Shown: one piece after another, positions 1 through 13,815 of the stretch
Layout: every line of letters starts with the position of its first letter
Position numbering within the stretch: position 1 is the first letter of the stretch
Assembly: GCF_009914755.1 (NCBI RefSeq)
Contig: NC_060938.1
Length of the DNA stretch: 64,000 nucleotides
Strand: one strand, 5' to 3'
From: the human T2T-CHM13v2.0 reference genome, Homo sapiens
Made by a program: the position numbers and the translations under genes
Notes under the pieces: model-generated
The model's database searches: none
What the model was told of the DNA's origin: nothing
The model's input: the letters and a program-made list of their open reading frames with translations, nothing else

Positions 1-1150
1 TGAAAAATATAACCACACCAAAGGGAAAAAACTAACATAAATAACGTAGGGAAACAGAATTTTGACTATATACTTCAAGGCTACAGATGAAAAAGAACTC
101 TACACAAATACTGTCCTCTAGTTAGTAAATTTATTTTTCAAAGGGGATATGAGTTAGTGATGCTGAAGCTAGTAGGATTGAACAAATAAATAAATATATT
201 GTGGATAATGAAAGCCAGGTTTCTTACTGTCAGAGAAAGACATTACAAATGAAAAAAGGGAATGCTAAAATGAGCCCTGAAACTGATTGATGGTAACCAT
301 ATTAACTAATAGTTGTTAATAGGTATATAGATATTGGTACATGTACATATACATATTTTTTCTGACTATGCTAATAAGGTCTAGAAGCAATGACATTCCA
401 GTAGCAATGAGCACAGCTAATATCTAGATGCTGGTTTCTAAACCATTCTCCAGTTAAAAAAAACCCTGTACCTCTTAGAGTAATGGGTGATTCCAGGGCT
501 GGGGTAGGGAAACTCTAAGAAAAGACTGGAACAAGATTGTGATGCTAAATAGTGAGAAGTTCTCTATAAGGTGATGGGGGCACATTGATAGGACACAGAA
601 GCCAACATGAAGGAGCTCCCAATGGCTAGATGTGGTCAATCTGAACAACCAAGTAAATAATGACAGTATTGGATTATAATTTGTAGAATAAAATACATGT
701 CCATGAGTGTGTACTGATATAAATAACTGAATGATATGGTTTGGCTGTGCCCCCACCCAGATCTCATCTTGAATTCCCACATGTTGTGGGAGGGACCTGG
801 TGGGAGGGAATTGAATCATGGTGGCAAGTCTTTCCCATGCTGTTCTTGTGATAGTGAATAAGTCTCACAATATCTAATGGTTTTAAAAAGAGGAATTCCC
901 CTGCACAACCTATCTCTCTCTCTTTGCCTGCTGCCATCCATGTAAAATGTAACTTGCTCCTCCTTGCCTTCCACCGTGATTGTGAGGGTTTGCCAGCCAC
1001 GTGGAACTGTAAGTCCATTAAACCTCTTTCTTTTGTAAATTGCCCAGTCTTGGGTATGTCTTTATCAGCAGCATGAAAGCAGACTAATACACTGAACAAA
1101 GAAATAAACGGAGGAGAAAGGACAGCTCTTACAGTAGAATTTGAATTAAT
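1..1150 (+). mobile_element. Old L1 3' UTR fragment (L1MC3/L1MC4-like), interrupted by THE1A
   Basis: Motifs aaagccaggtttcttactgt and ctagaagcaatgacattccagtagcaatgagcaca resemble the L1MC 3' UTR; similarity resumes after 1091. Confidence 0.7.
732..1091 (+). mobile_element. THE1A solo LTR (ERVL-MaLR)
   Basis: Starts tgatatggtttggctgtg, ends gactaataca; 5-bp TSD CTGAA at 727-731 and 1092-1096. Confidence 0.93.
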
Positions 1151-1386
1151 TGTTATGGACTATTATCATTTTGGTATACTTTGGTCTTGATTTTTTTTCC
1201 CCTTAAATAATCTTTTACCTCCCCATCTCCCTCACTGTAACATAGGCACTTTTCTTTCTGGTCTTAGAAACTTTTATATACATGTTTATTTCTCATCAGA
1301 TAGATGTAATATACGATATAAGTCTTTTTAAACATAGATATTTCCCTCTATTCCAGAAATGCCAAAATTTAATCAAGTATATTTTT

Positions 1387-1681
1387 ATCTTTTTTTTTTT
1401 AGATGGAATCTTGTTCCTGTCACCCATGCCGGAGTGCAGTGGTACGATCTCGGTTCACTGCAACCTCCGCCTCCAGGTTCATGCAATTTTCCTGCCTCAG
1501 TCTCCCTAGTAGCTGGAATTACAGGCCCAAGCAACCACACCCAGCTAATTTTTGTATTTTTAGTACAGATGAGGTTTTGCCACGTTGGCCAGGCTGGTCT
1601 TGAACTTCTGACCTCAAATGATCCACCTGCCTCGGCCTCCCAAAGTGCTGGGATTATAGGCGTTAGCCACTGCACTTGGCC
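1387..1681 (-). mobile_element. AluS
   Basis: Poly-T followed by a full antisense Alu dimer. Confidence 0.93.
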
Positions 1682-1768
1682 TGGAGCAAGTATCTTTAAT
1701 GCCATATTTGAGCTATATTTCCATTTAAAAAGTCCAATTCCTTCCAAAAAATAAAGAGTCTATATGAC

Positions 1769-2163
1769 TATTAGGGACTAAATTGTGTTCCTTCAAAATT
1801 CATATGCTGAGGTCTTAACCCTATGTGAGTATATTTGAAGATAGGATCTTTAGGGACATAATTTAAGTTAAATGAGGACATAAGGGTGGGTCCCTCATCT
1901 GATAGGACTGATATCTTTATAAGAAGAGAAAGAGACATCAGAGAGCTCTCTCTGTCTCTGAGCACACACAGAAGAAAGACCCTGAGAAGACCCAGTAAGA
2001 AGGCAGCTGCCTGCAAGAAGAGAGGCCTCACCACACACCAACCCTAATGGCACCTTGGTCTTGGACTTTTGGCCTCCAGAACTGTGAGAAAATAAATTTC
2101 TGTTGCTTAAGCCACCCAGTCTGTGGGTAGCACAGACTCATGGTAGCCTGAGCCAACTAATAT
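1769..2163 (+). mobile_element. MLT1A-family LTR
   Basis: aaaattcatatgctgaggtcttaacc ... ctccagaactgtgagaaaataaatttctgttgcttaagccacccagtct. Confidence 0.8.
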
Positions 2164-3144
2164 GGTGCTATTCCTCACTCCTATCCCTGTTGCCCATCAA
2201 GTTAAGATCTCGGCCTGATTTCAAGGCTCTCCAAATGGTCCACTCTACTTCTCCAGTGTCCACCTCCTAATACTCCCCGGGGATCGTCCTGCCCTCCATG
2301 AGGCCCATCTTCATGCTGCCTCCCTTATTCACCAAAGATGGACCTGCCTCTAGGCCTCTGGGTATGCGGTTCTCCCTTTCTGGGGTCTATTCCTCCACCG
2401 TCCAATCCCTCACACCCCATCTCCATGAAGTCATCTCAGACTTTCTGGTCCACACTACTACTGACCACCTCCAATTTCAGCCCTAACATACAGTCTGGCC
2501 AGAGCGTTAAACACAGAGCGGCTGTGTCTGGTAGTCTGCTAACCATAGTGTGTGTTAGTCTTATCTTTATAATCGCTTAGTTGTAACTTAACTTTTGATA
2601 TCTCAGCGCCTTCTAGGAAGGAAGGAGAGGGAAATTGGACTTTCAAAGCTTCTACTCCTGTTGCCAAATATGTGGCAGAGGTGACACCACAGTCTACCCC
2701 TTGCTCTGAGTAGACAGCGCTAATTGATCATGGCACGCATCCATTAAGATGACAGCAAGAATAAGGAAAAACACCAAAAGATTCTGAATCCCATCTACCT
2801 TAGAGCTCCATGTAGCCTAGAGCTCCATGCAGCCTGGACTGGTTGGTCCAGGCTGATGAGATGAAAACTTGTTTGCTTTCCCTCTTTTGTGCTAGACATT
2901 TTGCAATACACTGATTCAACGTCATCCTCCCATTTCACATAGAAGGAAGCCCAGCTTTACAAGTAATTGTTACTGTCCAAGAGTGTATGGCTTGCAACTA
3001 AATAGTGGACCCAGGATCTTATCTCTGGTCTCTCTGAGATAACCTCTGTTTTCCTCCCCTCTATGCTGTGTTGTCTTCATTGGCAGGGCCAAATGACTTA
3101 TACTTTTGTTGAACTGCTCCCTCTACCGTACGTGCAGTATCTAA

Positions 3145-3489
<345 letters not shown>

Positions 3490-3700
3490 TAGCAGGTGGT
3501 TCATCTGAACAATGCTTTCTGAATATGCCTTACTTGGTCCTCCTGCCATACGTTTAACTGTGCATGGCCTTCCTATTCCAAATCACTGCCTGTTTACATC
3601 TTATCCACCAGCCAAAGCTACCTCAGATCCCACCTGCTTCATGGAACCATTCCTGACTCCCTGTCACGCTTCTCCCCACACCAATAATGAGTATGACAGT

Positions 3701-4315
3701 TACTGGGGCTCAGAAAACAGTACTGCAAAGTGAAGGCCTTGGGAGTAACCTCAGAAGCAAAAGTTTTCTCTGATGTTCTCCTGCCCTCCTGTCTCTCCAT
3801 CCCATTCTCTTCCAGGCCAGCTACAGAAACTAGAATCCCTCTTCCCCAAGGCGGGTCAGAGAAACCGGAACACTTTTTCTTGAAAGCCAGCCATAAAACC
3901 TAGAAATGTTCTGTGTAAAAACTGGTCATAAAGAAATTATGTGACTTACGTTTTTTGACTGCAGATTATTCCAGAGGTCTCATTCCAGAGAGGGCCTTAC
4001 CCCATAACCAGAGGAAGAAATGCAGGCTCAGAGAGGCCAAGAAACATCTAGATAGACAGATCTTGCTGGGTTTCCCCTGTGTTTATTACCATTAGATCAT
4101 AGTCTTTTCGTCCAATCATATTTCTACGGGGCTGTCCATACTTTGTTGAACCTGAGCATAAAAATGAACAATTTCCCCTGTATCTTTGGGTCTTCATTCT
4201 GAAGGCTCTTGTGTACACACATTAAATAAATGTGTGTGCCTTTTCACCAGCTAATCTGCCTTTTATGAGTTGATTTTTTAGCGAGTCTTTAGAGGGCCAA
4301 ACCCTTGGCCCCTAT
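3701..4315 (+). mobile_element. MER39B-like ERV1 solo LTR
   Basis: ggggctcagaaaac...cctcagaagcaaaagttttctctga...agaaactagaatccctcttccccaaggcgggtca; ends ccttggccccta. Confidence 0.8.
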
Positions 4316-4539
4316 CCTGTGCTCTCCTCTAAATGCCTGCACTCTGGGTGTCTGTCGAAGCGCATTTACTTCATTCCATTGTGTGTTAGTTATTCGTGTG
4401 CTTATCTCTTCCGGTGGATAGGGAGCTCTAAGAGGTTATGTTCCACATCTGAGTCTTCTCTGATTCTCCCACAGCATCTAGCATAGGATCTTAAACATAA
4501 TAGGTGTTCAACAAATGTTTGCATGGAATTTGCTACACA

Positions 4540-4765
4540 GAGCTGGACTAAAATTCTGGTTCTGCTTTCTACCAGCTGTATGAGTCCTTGGGCAAATCAC
4601 TTGCCCTTTTTATTCCTCTATAACATGAAAATAGTAATGGTCCCCACTTTCTACCCTCTTAGTGTTATTTGAATAAGGACTGAATGAGAAGAGGCACTTC
4701 AACTGCTTAGCACATTGCCTGGTACAAACTAAACACTTTAGATTGGCTATTATTATTATTATTAT
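4540..4765 (+). mobile_element. MIR (preceded by an L2 3' end at ~4400-4528)
   Basis: ccttgggcaaatcactt core and gcttagcacattgcctgg tail. Confidence 0.7.
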
Positions 4766-4921
4766 TACTATTAATATTATTGTTATTCATTCCCTACCTC
4801 AAAGAAACCTTTATCCTTGACAAATATAAGCTGTGATAAGAATGATTTAAGGAGACCTTATATTTCAATGTTAACAATTTTTCCTTTAATTCTTCTGGGT
4901 AGTATCAGTAACATTTTCTGG

Positions 4922-5224
4922 TTTCTTTTCTTTTTTTTTTTTAGACAGGTTCTTGCTCTGTCACCCAGGGTGCAGTGCAGTGGCAGGATCATGGCTCACT
5001 GCAGCCTCAATGTCCTGGGCTCAAGTAATCCTCCCACCTCAGCCTCCCTTGTAGTTGGGACCACAGGCATGCATCACCATGCCTGCCTAATTTTTAAAAT
5101 ATTTTTTAGACACAGGGTCTCCCTGTGTTGCCTAGGTTGGTCTTGAACTCCTGGGCTCAAGAGATCCTCTTGCCTTGATGTCCCAAAGTGCTGGGATTAC
5201 AGTCATGAACCACCATGCCTGGCC
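4922..5224 (-). mobile_element. AluJ
   Basis: J-type motifs cactgcagcctc and ctcctgggctcaag. Confidence 0.92.
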
Positions 5225-5413
5225 TCAGTGTTGGTTTCAGATTCTGATTAAATTCCCAGTCCACTGCCTTGCAGGTACTAAGTAGATGCTTAATAAATGC
5301 CTGTTGAATGGATGATATTCACGTTTTCAATCACAAGAAAACATGGCCATGTTTTTATTCATATTTCCTCTCTCTGTCTCTCACCCTTTAAGCAGAATTT
5401 AAACAGTTTTTAA

Positions 5414-5681
<268 letters not shown>

Positions 5682-6566
5682 TATATAACAAATTAGCAGT
5701 AACTCAGGGGCTTAAAATAGCACACACCTGTCTACAGTGTCTGTGGGTCAGGAGTTTGAGCACAGCTTAGTTGGGTCCTCTGATCAGAGAGGGTCTCACA
5801 AGGCTGCAGTCAAAGCTGACTGGATGTGCTCTTATCTGAGGTGCCAGGTTGTCTTCTGAGCTCATTCAGATTGTTGGCTGAGTTCATTTCCTTGTGGTTG
5901 TAGGATTGAGGTGTTCAGTTCCCTTTATTTTTTTGAGACAGAGTCTTGCTCTGTTGTCCAGGCTGGAATGCAGTGGCGCAAACTTGGCTCACTGCAACCT
6001 CCGCCTACTGGGGTCAAGCAATTCTCCTCTCTCAGCCTCCCGAGTAGCTGAGATTACAGGCGTGCGCCACCATGCCCAGCAAATTTTTGTATTTTTAGTA
6101 GAGACAGGATTTCACCAGGTTGGCCAGGCTGGTCTCGAACTTCCAACCTCAGGTGATACACCTGCCTTGGCCTAAGTGCTGGGATTACAGGCATGAGCCA
6201 TTGCACCCAGCTGGAAGCGTTCAGTTCCTAAATGCTGACCCCTCCATAGGCAGTTCACAGCATGGCTGCTTCTTCGAGGCCAGCAGGAGAGGGTCTCTCC
6301 AACCTCAGGAAGGACCCAGTTCCTCTCACCTGATTAAGCCAGGCCCACCCAGATAATCTCCTTTGATGAACTCCGAATCGACTGTGCAGCAAAATCTTTT
6401 CACTTTTGCTGGGTAACATAAGCCAATCACAGAGTGACATCCCATCCTATTCATAGGTTTGGCCCACATTGAAAATGAGGTGATTATACAAGATGTGTAG
6501 GGGTGGGGTGGGAGGGCAGTAGTGTGGGGATTTGGGGGGCCATCTTAGAATTCAGCCTTATCACAG
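5682..6566 (-). mobile_element. MLT1E-like LTR, interrupted by an Alu
   Basis: taacaaatt...gcttaaaa start; tcatttccttgtggttgtagga; ends ggccatcttagaattcagccttatcaca. Confidence 0.75.
5924..6212 (-). mobile_element. AluS
   Basis: Full antisense Alu; TSD-like g(t/c)gttcagttcc on both sides. Confidence 0.92.
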
Positions 6567-6717
6567 GACATGTTTTCTACGTGTCTATTTCAGCCCAGCA
6601 GATATTTTTACAAACAGAAATTCCAAAATGTGTTTCTATACCTGAGTTGGTTAAATAAACTCAGAAAAGGTAGCACCATGTTGATGGTAATTCCTGACTA
6701 TAGCACCATAAAGTCAA

Positions 6718-6900
6718 TAATAATAATAGTTAGGTGCTAAGTACTTTAACATACTTTGTAAAAACGACATTCTAATTTTCACAACTACTGTACCTCATTT
6801 CACCAAGGAGGAAACTGAGGCACAGAGAGGCTAAGTACCTCGCTCTAGGAGGTGGCTGGGATGTGTGCAGTCCCACTCTGGGCTTGCTCTCCTAACTCCT
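6718..6900 (-). mobile_element. MIR
   Basis: gaggaaactgaggcacagagaggctaagt core. Confidence 0.75.
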
Positions 6901-7074
6901 GTGTCCTAAATATAGTTTAGAAAAATAGCATGCACCGGACAAACATGCATGTAAATGATTGAATGTGATGATGGTGACGGCACATTTTATGCCCATGCTT
7001 GATTTCTGTCTCTGCTCCCTCTCTCTCCCCCTTCCCTCTCTCCTGCTCTCTGACGTTAAATGCTTGGTTACTCA

Positions 7075-7559
7075 AGGCCGCAGTTACAGGATGTTAGGTA
7101 AACAGCCCTCCGTCCCTGCCCCCGCCCTTTTACTTTCAATACCGAGAAAATGGAACAGAACGTTAGGGAAGGAGGCTTCGCGGGCTGTGCCGGCGCCTGG
7201 CTCAGCCCCTCCCGGCGGCCACGGTCGGCTGCCCGGCTGCTCTGACCGCGAGCGGCTGGGTGTCGGTGCCCTGCTCTCCTCTGGGCGCCAGGATGTTCCT
7301 GCCCAGTGCGTGTCCAGAATAGCCGCTCAGACACCGGCTCCAGGTTCAGCCAGGCGGGGCGCGTCCCTGCCTCCCTCCCCTTTGCCTGCCACTGCCCTCC
7401 TTCTAACGAGGGCTCAGCTCCGACTACCCCAGGCCTCCGGGGACCCTCTCCGGATGCGCTCCCCGCTTTGCGCTTTGCGCTTTTTGCCTGTTCCCTGGGG
7501 TCGCGGAAGTCCCGCTTGCCCGGCCAGCGGGTACCACTCCCCTAGTCAGCCTAGGGAAG

Positions 7560-7560
<1 letters not shown>
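7075..7560. promoter_or_regulatory. CpG-island-like segment 1 (candidate promoter/enhancer)
   Basis: Non-repeat, GC-rich, many retained CpGs; GC boxes ccccgccc (~7119) and ggcggggc (~7352). Confidence 0.7.

Positions 7561-7561
<1 letters not shown>

Positions 7562-7615
<54 letters not shown>
7562..7615. repeat. (AC)27 microsatellite
   Basis: Perfect dinucleotide run. Confidence 0.98.
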
Positions 7616-7618
<3 letters not shown>

Positions 7619-7653
7619 TACACACTCTGTTCGCGTTCGCATACTATATATGT

Positions 7654-7925
7654 ATTTTTTGAGAGTAGCTCTGTCGCCAAGGCTGGAGTGCAGTGGCGCG
7701 ATCTTGGCTCACTGCAACCTCCGTCTCCTGGGTTCAAGCAATTCTCCTGCCTCAGCCTCCTGAGTAGCTGGGATTACAGGCGTCCGCTATCACGACTGGC
7801 TAATTTTTGTATTTTTAGTAGAGATGGGGTTTCACCATGTTGGTCAGGCTGGTCTCGAACTCCTGACCTCGTGATCCGCCTTCCTCGGCCTCCCAAAGTG
7901 CTGGGATTACAGCCGTGAGTCGGCC
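7654..7925 (-). mobile_element. AluS (Sg/Sc-like)
   Basis: Antisense Alu with cctgacctcgtgatccgcc. Confidence 0.92.
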
Positions 7926-8079
7926 TATTTTTTGTTTCTGTAAGGAAATATGAGCTTTCCCATTTTTCACCCCGGAGAAACAAGCAGCTCTCACTTTTAT
8001 TAATTTCTTCTGAGTTTACAGAAGAACTAGGTAGCCTGTTCCCACTCAGAAACTCATTCCACATGGTTTGGGTGGTCCT

Positions 8080-8528
8080 ACCACTGCCCTCACCCGCGTC
8101 AACAAAGGAGTGGGAACCGAACTCAGGCCCTGCCCATCAGATCATCGAATTCCTCTGGCCACAGTGATTGGGTAAGGGATGATGCATGAGCTTATTTGCA
8201 CCAATCAGAGACCTCCTGGAGACTTTCGTCCCCCAATTTCTGGGAAGAGGAGCTCCTTCTGGGGTTAACCTGGACTCAGGTTGCTGCTGCCTATTCTTAC
8301 CCCTCTAGCTTGTGTGAGAAATGGCTTGTGTGAGAAATGGCAATAGAGGCAGAGCCCTGGTGACATCATTTGAGCTCCTGGATCCTGCTATGCCTGAAGC
8401 CTATTTATTGTTGCACTTTGGGGGTTATATAAATCAATAAGTCATGTCCCCCCACTCCCCACCCCACTTTTGTGCTTAGGTTGTGATCAGTTAGGATTCT
8501 GCACTTGTGACTGAAAAATCCTTGTACA
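8080..8528 (+). mobile_element. Old MLT1 (J/K-like) LTR
   Basis: ggccacagtgattgg; gacatcatttgagctcctggatcctgctatgcctgaagc. Confidence 0.65.
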
Positions 8529-9206
8529 GGAACCAACCTTCTGGAAACTTCTCCCATGTGTCAGGTACTGTTATGTACTTTAAATATCTGTTTCAATCTG
8601 CTGTCTAAGGACCTGTGTCCTAAAGAGTTTAGTCCGTATCTTGTGTGGCAGACATGATTACCTGTCTTACAAACTGGGACACAGAGGCTCAGACAAATAA
8701 GTAGATTTCTTATGAACATATAACAAGTGGCAGAGGAGACATCCTGTGCTTTCTGCCATGGCCTCTGGTAACACTCACCATTTTTGCTGTTCAATGGTAT
8801 TTGGGTTCATACCACTTGGCAGCATTATTCTACTTTTTATATGAACTTACATGTGACCAAACCATCTGAATTGGAAGATCCTTGATGACAAGGACCACAA
8901 CCTGTGCTCTGTTTGCTGTCCCCACTGCCATCACCATCACACAGGCCCACAGCACCTAGCACTGGATGAGACACATCACAAATCCTGGACAAACTCTTGC
9001 TGAAACCATGACATGTCGATGGCCCTTCACAGAAGACTTCACAAAAGGCTTCCCATAACCCTATTAATGGAAAAAGGTGATGTGGGCAGAGTATGCAGTT
9101 GTACCTGTTGAAATAAACATGCTCTTTGCAACGATCACAACCCAATTATTCTTTCCAGGAGCTGACCCCAGGGAGTCATTCATTCAATATCAATATCAAT
9201 CCATTC

Positions 9207-9812
9207 TTGTTTTTTTTCCTTTTTTGGAGAGAGTGTCTCAGCCTGTTGCCCAAGCTGGAGTGCAGTTACGTGATCGTAGCAGCTCACAGCGGTCTCGTCC
9301 TCCTGGGCTCAAGTGATCCTCTTGTCTCAGCCTCCTGGATAGCTAAGACTACAGGTGTGTGTCACCATGGCCGGCTAATTTTTAAAAATGTTTTGTAGGC
9401 TGGGTGCGGTGGCTCACGCCTGTAATCCCAGCAGTTTGGGAGGCTGAGGCAGGCCGATCACGAGGTCAGGAGTTCGAGACCAGCCTGGCCAGCATGGTGA
9501 AACTCCTTCTCTACTAAAAATACAAAAACTATCCAGGAATCGTGGTGGGTGCCTGTAGTCCCAGCTACTCAGGAGATTGAAGCAGGAGAATTGCTTGAAG
9601 CTAGGAGGCAGAAGTTGCAGTGAGCGAAGATCGCGCCACTGTGTTCCAGCCTGGGCAACAGAGCGAGACTCCATCTCAAAAAAAAAAAAATTGTTTTGTA
9701 GAGATAGGGTCTCCCAACGTTACCCAGACTGGTCTCAAATTCCTGGGCTCAAGCAGTTCTCACTTGGCCTCCCAAAGTGTTAGGATTACAGGCATGAACC
9801 ACCGTGCCTGGC
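9207..9812 (-). mobile_element. AluJ split by an oppositely oriented Alu
   Basis: Right monomer 9207-9397, left monomer 9701-9812. Confidence 0.9.
9398..9690 (+). mobile_element. AluS inserted in the linker of the AluJ
   Basis: Full Alu with A13 tail; TSD aaaaat(t)gttttgta. Confidence 0.95.
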
Positions 9813-9819
9813 ACCATCC

Positions 9820-9950
9820 ACTCACTATTCATCTTAAATTCAACAAATGTTTTCTGAATATTCATCACATACCAAACATATTGCAAGACTGGGATACTAA
9901 GATATGAATAAGATATGGCTCCTTCCCTCAATGATCTTGTTTGTAGTTGC
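9820..9950 (-). mobile_element. L2 3' end
   Basis: ttcaacaaatgttttctgaat...gggatactaagatatgaataagatatggctccttccctca. Confidence 0.65.
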
Positions 9951-10114
9951 CTTTTAATTACTCTGAAGCAAACTTCCCAAAGCACTGGCAAATTGCTGTT
10001 AGAACTGTTGACTATCTCCTGGATGGTCCATCATTAAGGCTCAAGCATTGTCCAGGAGAAGAACATTAGCTCTCATATTGGTCTTTATCAGTCAGCTGGG
10101 CCCATTTCAACCAA

Positions 10115-10218
10115 CAGGACTGCCACAATGCACAACTCCAGGGAGCATCATTCACATAGACTAATGACATTCTCAGAAGTTGAACAGTGCACAGTCTACG
10201 GCTGTAAATGGCGCCCTG
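10115..10218. mobile_element. MER91-like hAT MITE
   Basis: cagg...tgcacaactccagggagcatcattcacatagacta...gcgccctg. Confidence 0.6.
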
Positions 10219-11534
10219 AGAACACAAACAGCACCCATTAATGCTATCCCCTCACATTCACAGTCACATTTGTGGAGCACTTTACAGTTTATAAGGAATT
10301 TCACCTACATTATCTCAGTTGAACTGAGAAATTCTATTTTGTTTCCCATAATGTAGTCTCTCTTCACTGCCCTTCACCCCATGAGACTCTCTGTTGGCTC
10401 CATGAGCTCCCGGAGGCCCCTTCTCAGATGGTGATGGCCCAGCTGAACTAGTGACAATTACCAAGCACCAAGTTACATTACAGCTCTAGGCTTTCTTCTA
10501 CCCTGAAGCATTTACCTGGAATTAGCAGTGGTCGCAGCTCGGCAGAGGTGACTGTTCTGGTGATTATGAACGCATTCCTTGTTTGTCTTTTCAGCCCTGA
10601 AATCCTGTCAGTGAGGAGAAGTGATAATACCATGTTATTAAGTTCTTTCTGGGTAATGTAATTCAGGAGTCAGGAGGCAGTTTGGTCATTTATGTCTCTG
10701 AAAAGCTTAGAATAATTTCCAGTGTCATTATCCCCCATTTTAAAGAGCCAGGCTCCAATATGTGAATGTGTGTATAGGCATGTACACCTAAGCACGGGCA
10801 TATGGCCAGATGTGTCCATAAACCAACACAAGCTTCAACTTATTTATAGATCCGTGTATATGCACGAAACTCTGCCTTTTTAGCATCATGGCTTCCTAAA
10901 TCTAGGTTTTCAGGAATTAAGTTTATTCCTAGCCTTTTCCCTGGCATGTTGTGGAGTCTACATTTTTGCTTGCCATTATCATAATTGTTACACAAAAAGA
11001 ATGAGCACACTGGTTATAAACACATCTGTGAGGTGAGTAGTGCCAGCCTTTATGGACAGCCTTTCAGTCACCCAGTTCTCTTTATAACTCCTCCTTTCTA
11101 AGTAATTTTCTTAGAGCTTCTGCTTCTCCCAGAAAAGGCCTTTCTAGCAGGCACTGGTTATGTGTTTATTTTTCCTTTAACACATTGTACTGGTAACTCA
11201 GATACTTTAGGCAGGAAAGGTATGTCTATGATATGCACTTATCTCCCTTGTTAATGGAGTTGGCACCTTGATTGTCGATTGTGGAATTTCCAAGCTGGAA
11301 GGAACCTGTGAGATTATGTGAGCCAGCTGTCTCTCTGCACAATGAAGAAAGGGATGCTTGGAGCAGGCAATAAGTAGTTCAAGGTCCTTAGAGTTAGTGG
11401 CATAGCAAGGATGAGAAACCAAGTCTGCTGCTCCTACCCCGAGAGCTCTCTCTGTTATCATGGTTCAGTCCCTTGGAAGACCGCTTTGCTTCGCTCCTGG
11501 TATGCTCTTCCTGTTTTCTTTTATGAGCATGGAG

Positions 11535-11935
11535 ATGGTAACTGGAGACTGGACCTGGCATAACCCTCAGATTCTGGAGAGCTTTGTAGGCCATTGCAAG
11601 AGCTGGCTGTTACTATAATATCAGATTCCAATGAAGGACTGTGATCGGACATGTCACATAGTGACATGATATGACATGCTTTAAGGAAATCATTCCAACA
11701 GCTGTGTTAAGAGTAGATTTAGGTGACGAGAATGAAAGTAGGGAAGACAGTTGGAGGCTGCTACAATAAGCTGGGGACCATAGTGGGGCTGTGGACATCA
11801 TGTTCTAGATGAATTTTAAAGGTAGAGCCAATGGATTGCTGAGGATTGGATGGGGAGAGAGGGGTGCTGAGATAAAGAGATGAGTCAGAGTCTTGCTAGT
11901 TTTGTGGCCAGGGTGACTGGTAAGGCGGTGCTGTG
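11535..11935 (-). mobile_element. L2 fragment
   Basis: ctttgtaggccattgcaag; gtgacatgatatgac; gaagacagttggaggctgctacaata. Confidence 0.7.
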
Positions 11936-11942
11936 CTCACTC

Positions 11943-12030
11943 GGAAACACCCTCAGAGACACATCCAGAGATAACATTTAATCTGGGCATCCCTTGGCTC
12001 AGTCAAGTTGACACAAAATTAACCATCACT
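11943..12030 (-). mobile_element. MLT2B-like LTR 5' fragment (ERVL)
   Basis: ggaaacaccctcagagacacatccaga...gtcaagttgacacaaaattaaccatca. Confidence 0.75.
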
Positions 12031-12124
12031 AGGTACTAGTAGGCATTCCAAAGAATCCTCTGGATTCCAGATGTACTCCCTCAAGTCACCACTGAGTAGC
12101 ATCAGTCAAAATTTCCCTTGACCA

Positions 12125-12437
<313 letters not shown>

Positions 12438-12444
12438 TTAAGAT

Positions 12445-12998
<554 letters not shown>

Positions 12999-13044
12999 CA
13001 TTCAGAGATCAGAAAGCTATAAGAACTAAATGTTCTAAATTAGT

Positions 13045-13815
13045 ATCATTAATAATAGGACAACTAGACATTATGTGCCTGCTGATGTGATATGAAATCC
13101 AATAGGAAGTTCATAGCATCATTTAAAGTATTTGATCAATTGCATTAAATCTGAATTAAACCAAGTTTTTAGATTACATGACTATATGCATTTATCAAAA
13201 CAAATAAAACTGTAAACTAAAAAGGATGAAGTTTACCATGCCTAAGTTTTACCTTAGTAAACCTGGCTTTAAAAAAAACAAGCCATTAGATCTACCTCAA
13301 TTTGTAGAAGATACTAATACTGCTTAAATGAGAGCATGAGAAAATAGATGTATTTAGAATGTGGGATATGCTACATGACAGTGGGCCTGATGTCTTCAAA
13401 GACTCAATGTCATTAAAAAAATGATGAAGGGGGATTGTCCTATATTAGGCAAGACTTAAGAGACATAATAAATAAACTCACTGTATGAAACTTATTGGAT
13501 TCTGGTTCCAAAGAAAAGCTATAAAAGACATTTTTAGGACAATTGTAGAAATTTGAATATAAAGTGAGTTTTGGATGATATTAGGGGACTATTACTATTT
13601 TTGTTAGGTATAATTCTGGTATTGTTAATTGGAATTTTTTCTCTAGGTTTTGGAGATACATGTTGAAGTATTTAGGGGTGAAGTGTCATGATGTTTTTAA
13701 TTTACTAAGAAATGATTCAGTTACAAGGCAAAAAATGGCCAAATATTAACAATGGCTGAGACCAGGTGGATGGTACATGAGTGTTCATTGTATTCTTCTC
13801 TTTTGTTTCCTGAAT
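13045..13815 (+). mobile_element. Old L1ME 3' UTR fragments
   Basis: aaagacatttttaggacaatt...gaagtatttaggggtgaagtgtcatgatgt...ggtacatgagtgttcattgtattcttctc. Confidence 0.65.

Noticed and set aside
2801-2834. 17-bp tandem duplication (similar ones at ~8308-8340 and ~12579-12605)
   Set aside because: Ordinary slippage-type micro-duplications.
6959-7918. 319-aa ORF
   Set aside because: It runs through a stop-poor GC-rich segment, the (AC)27 repeat (THTH...) and an antisense Alu; non-ATG start and no recognisable domain.
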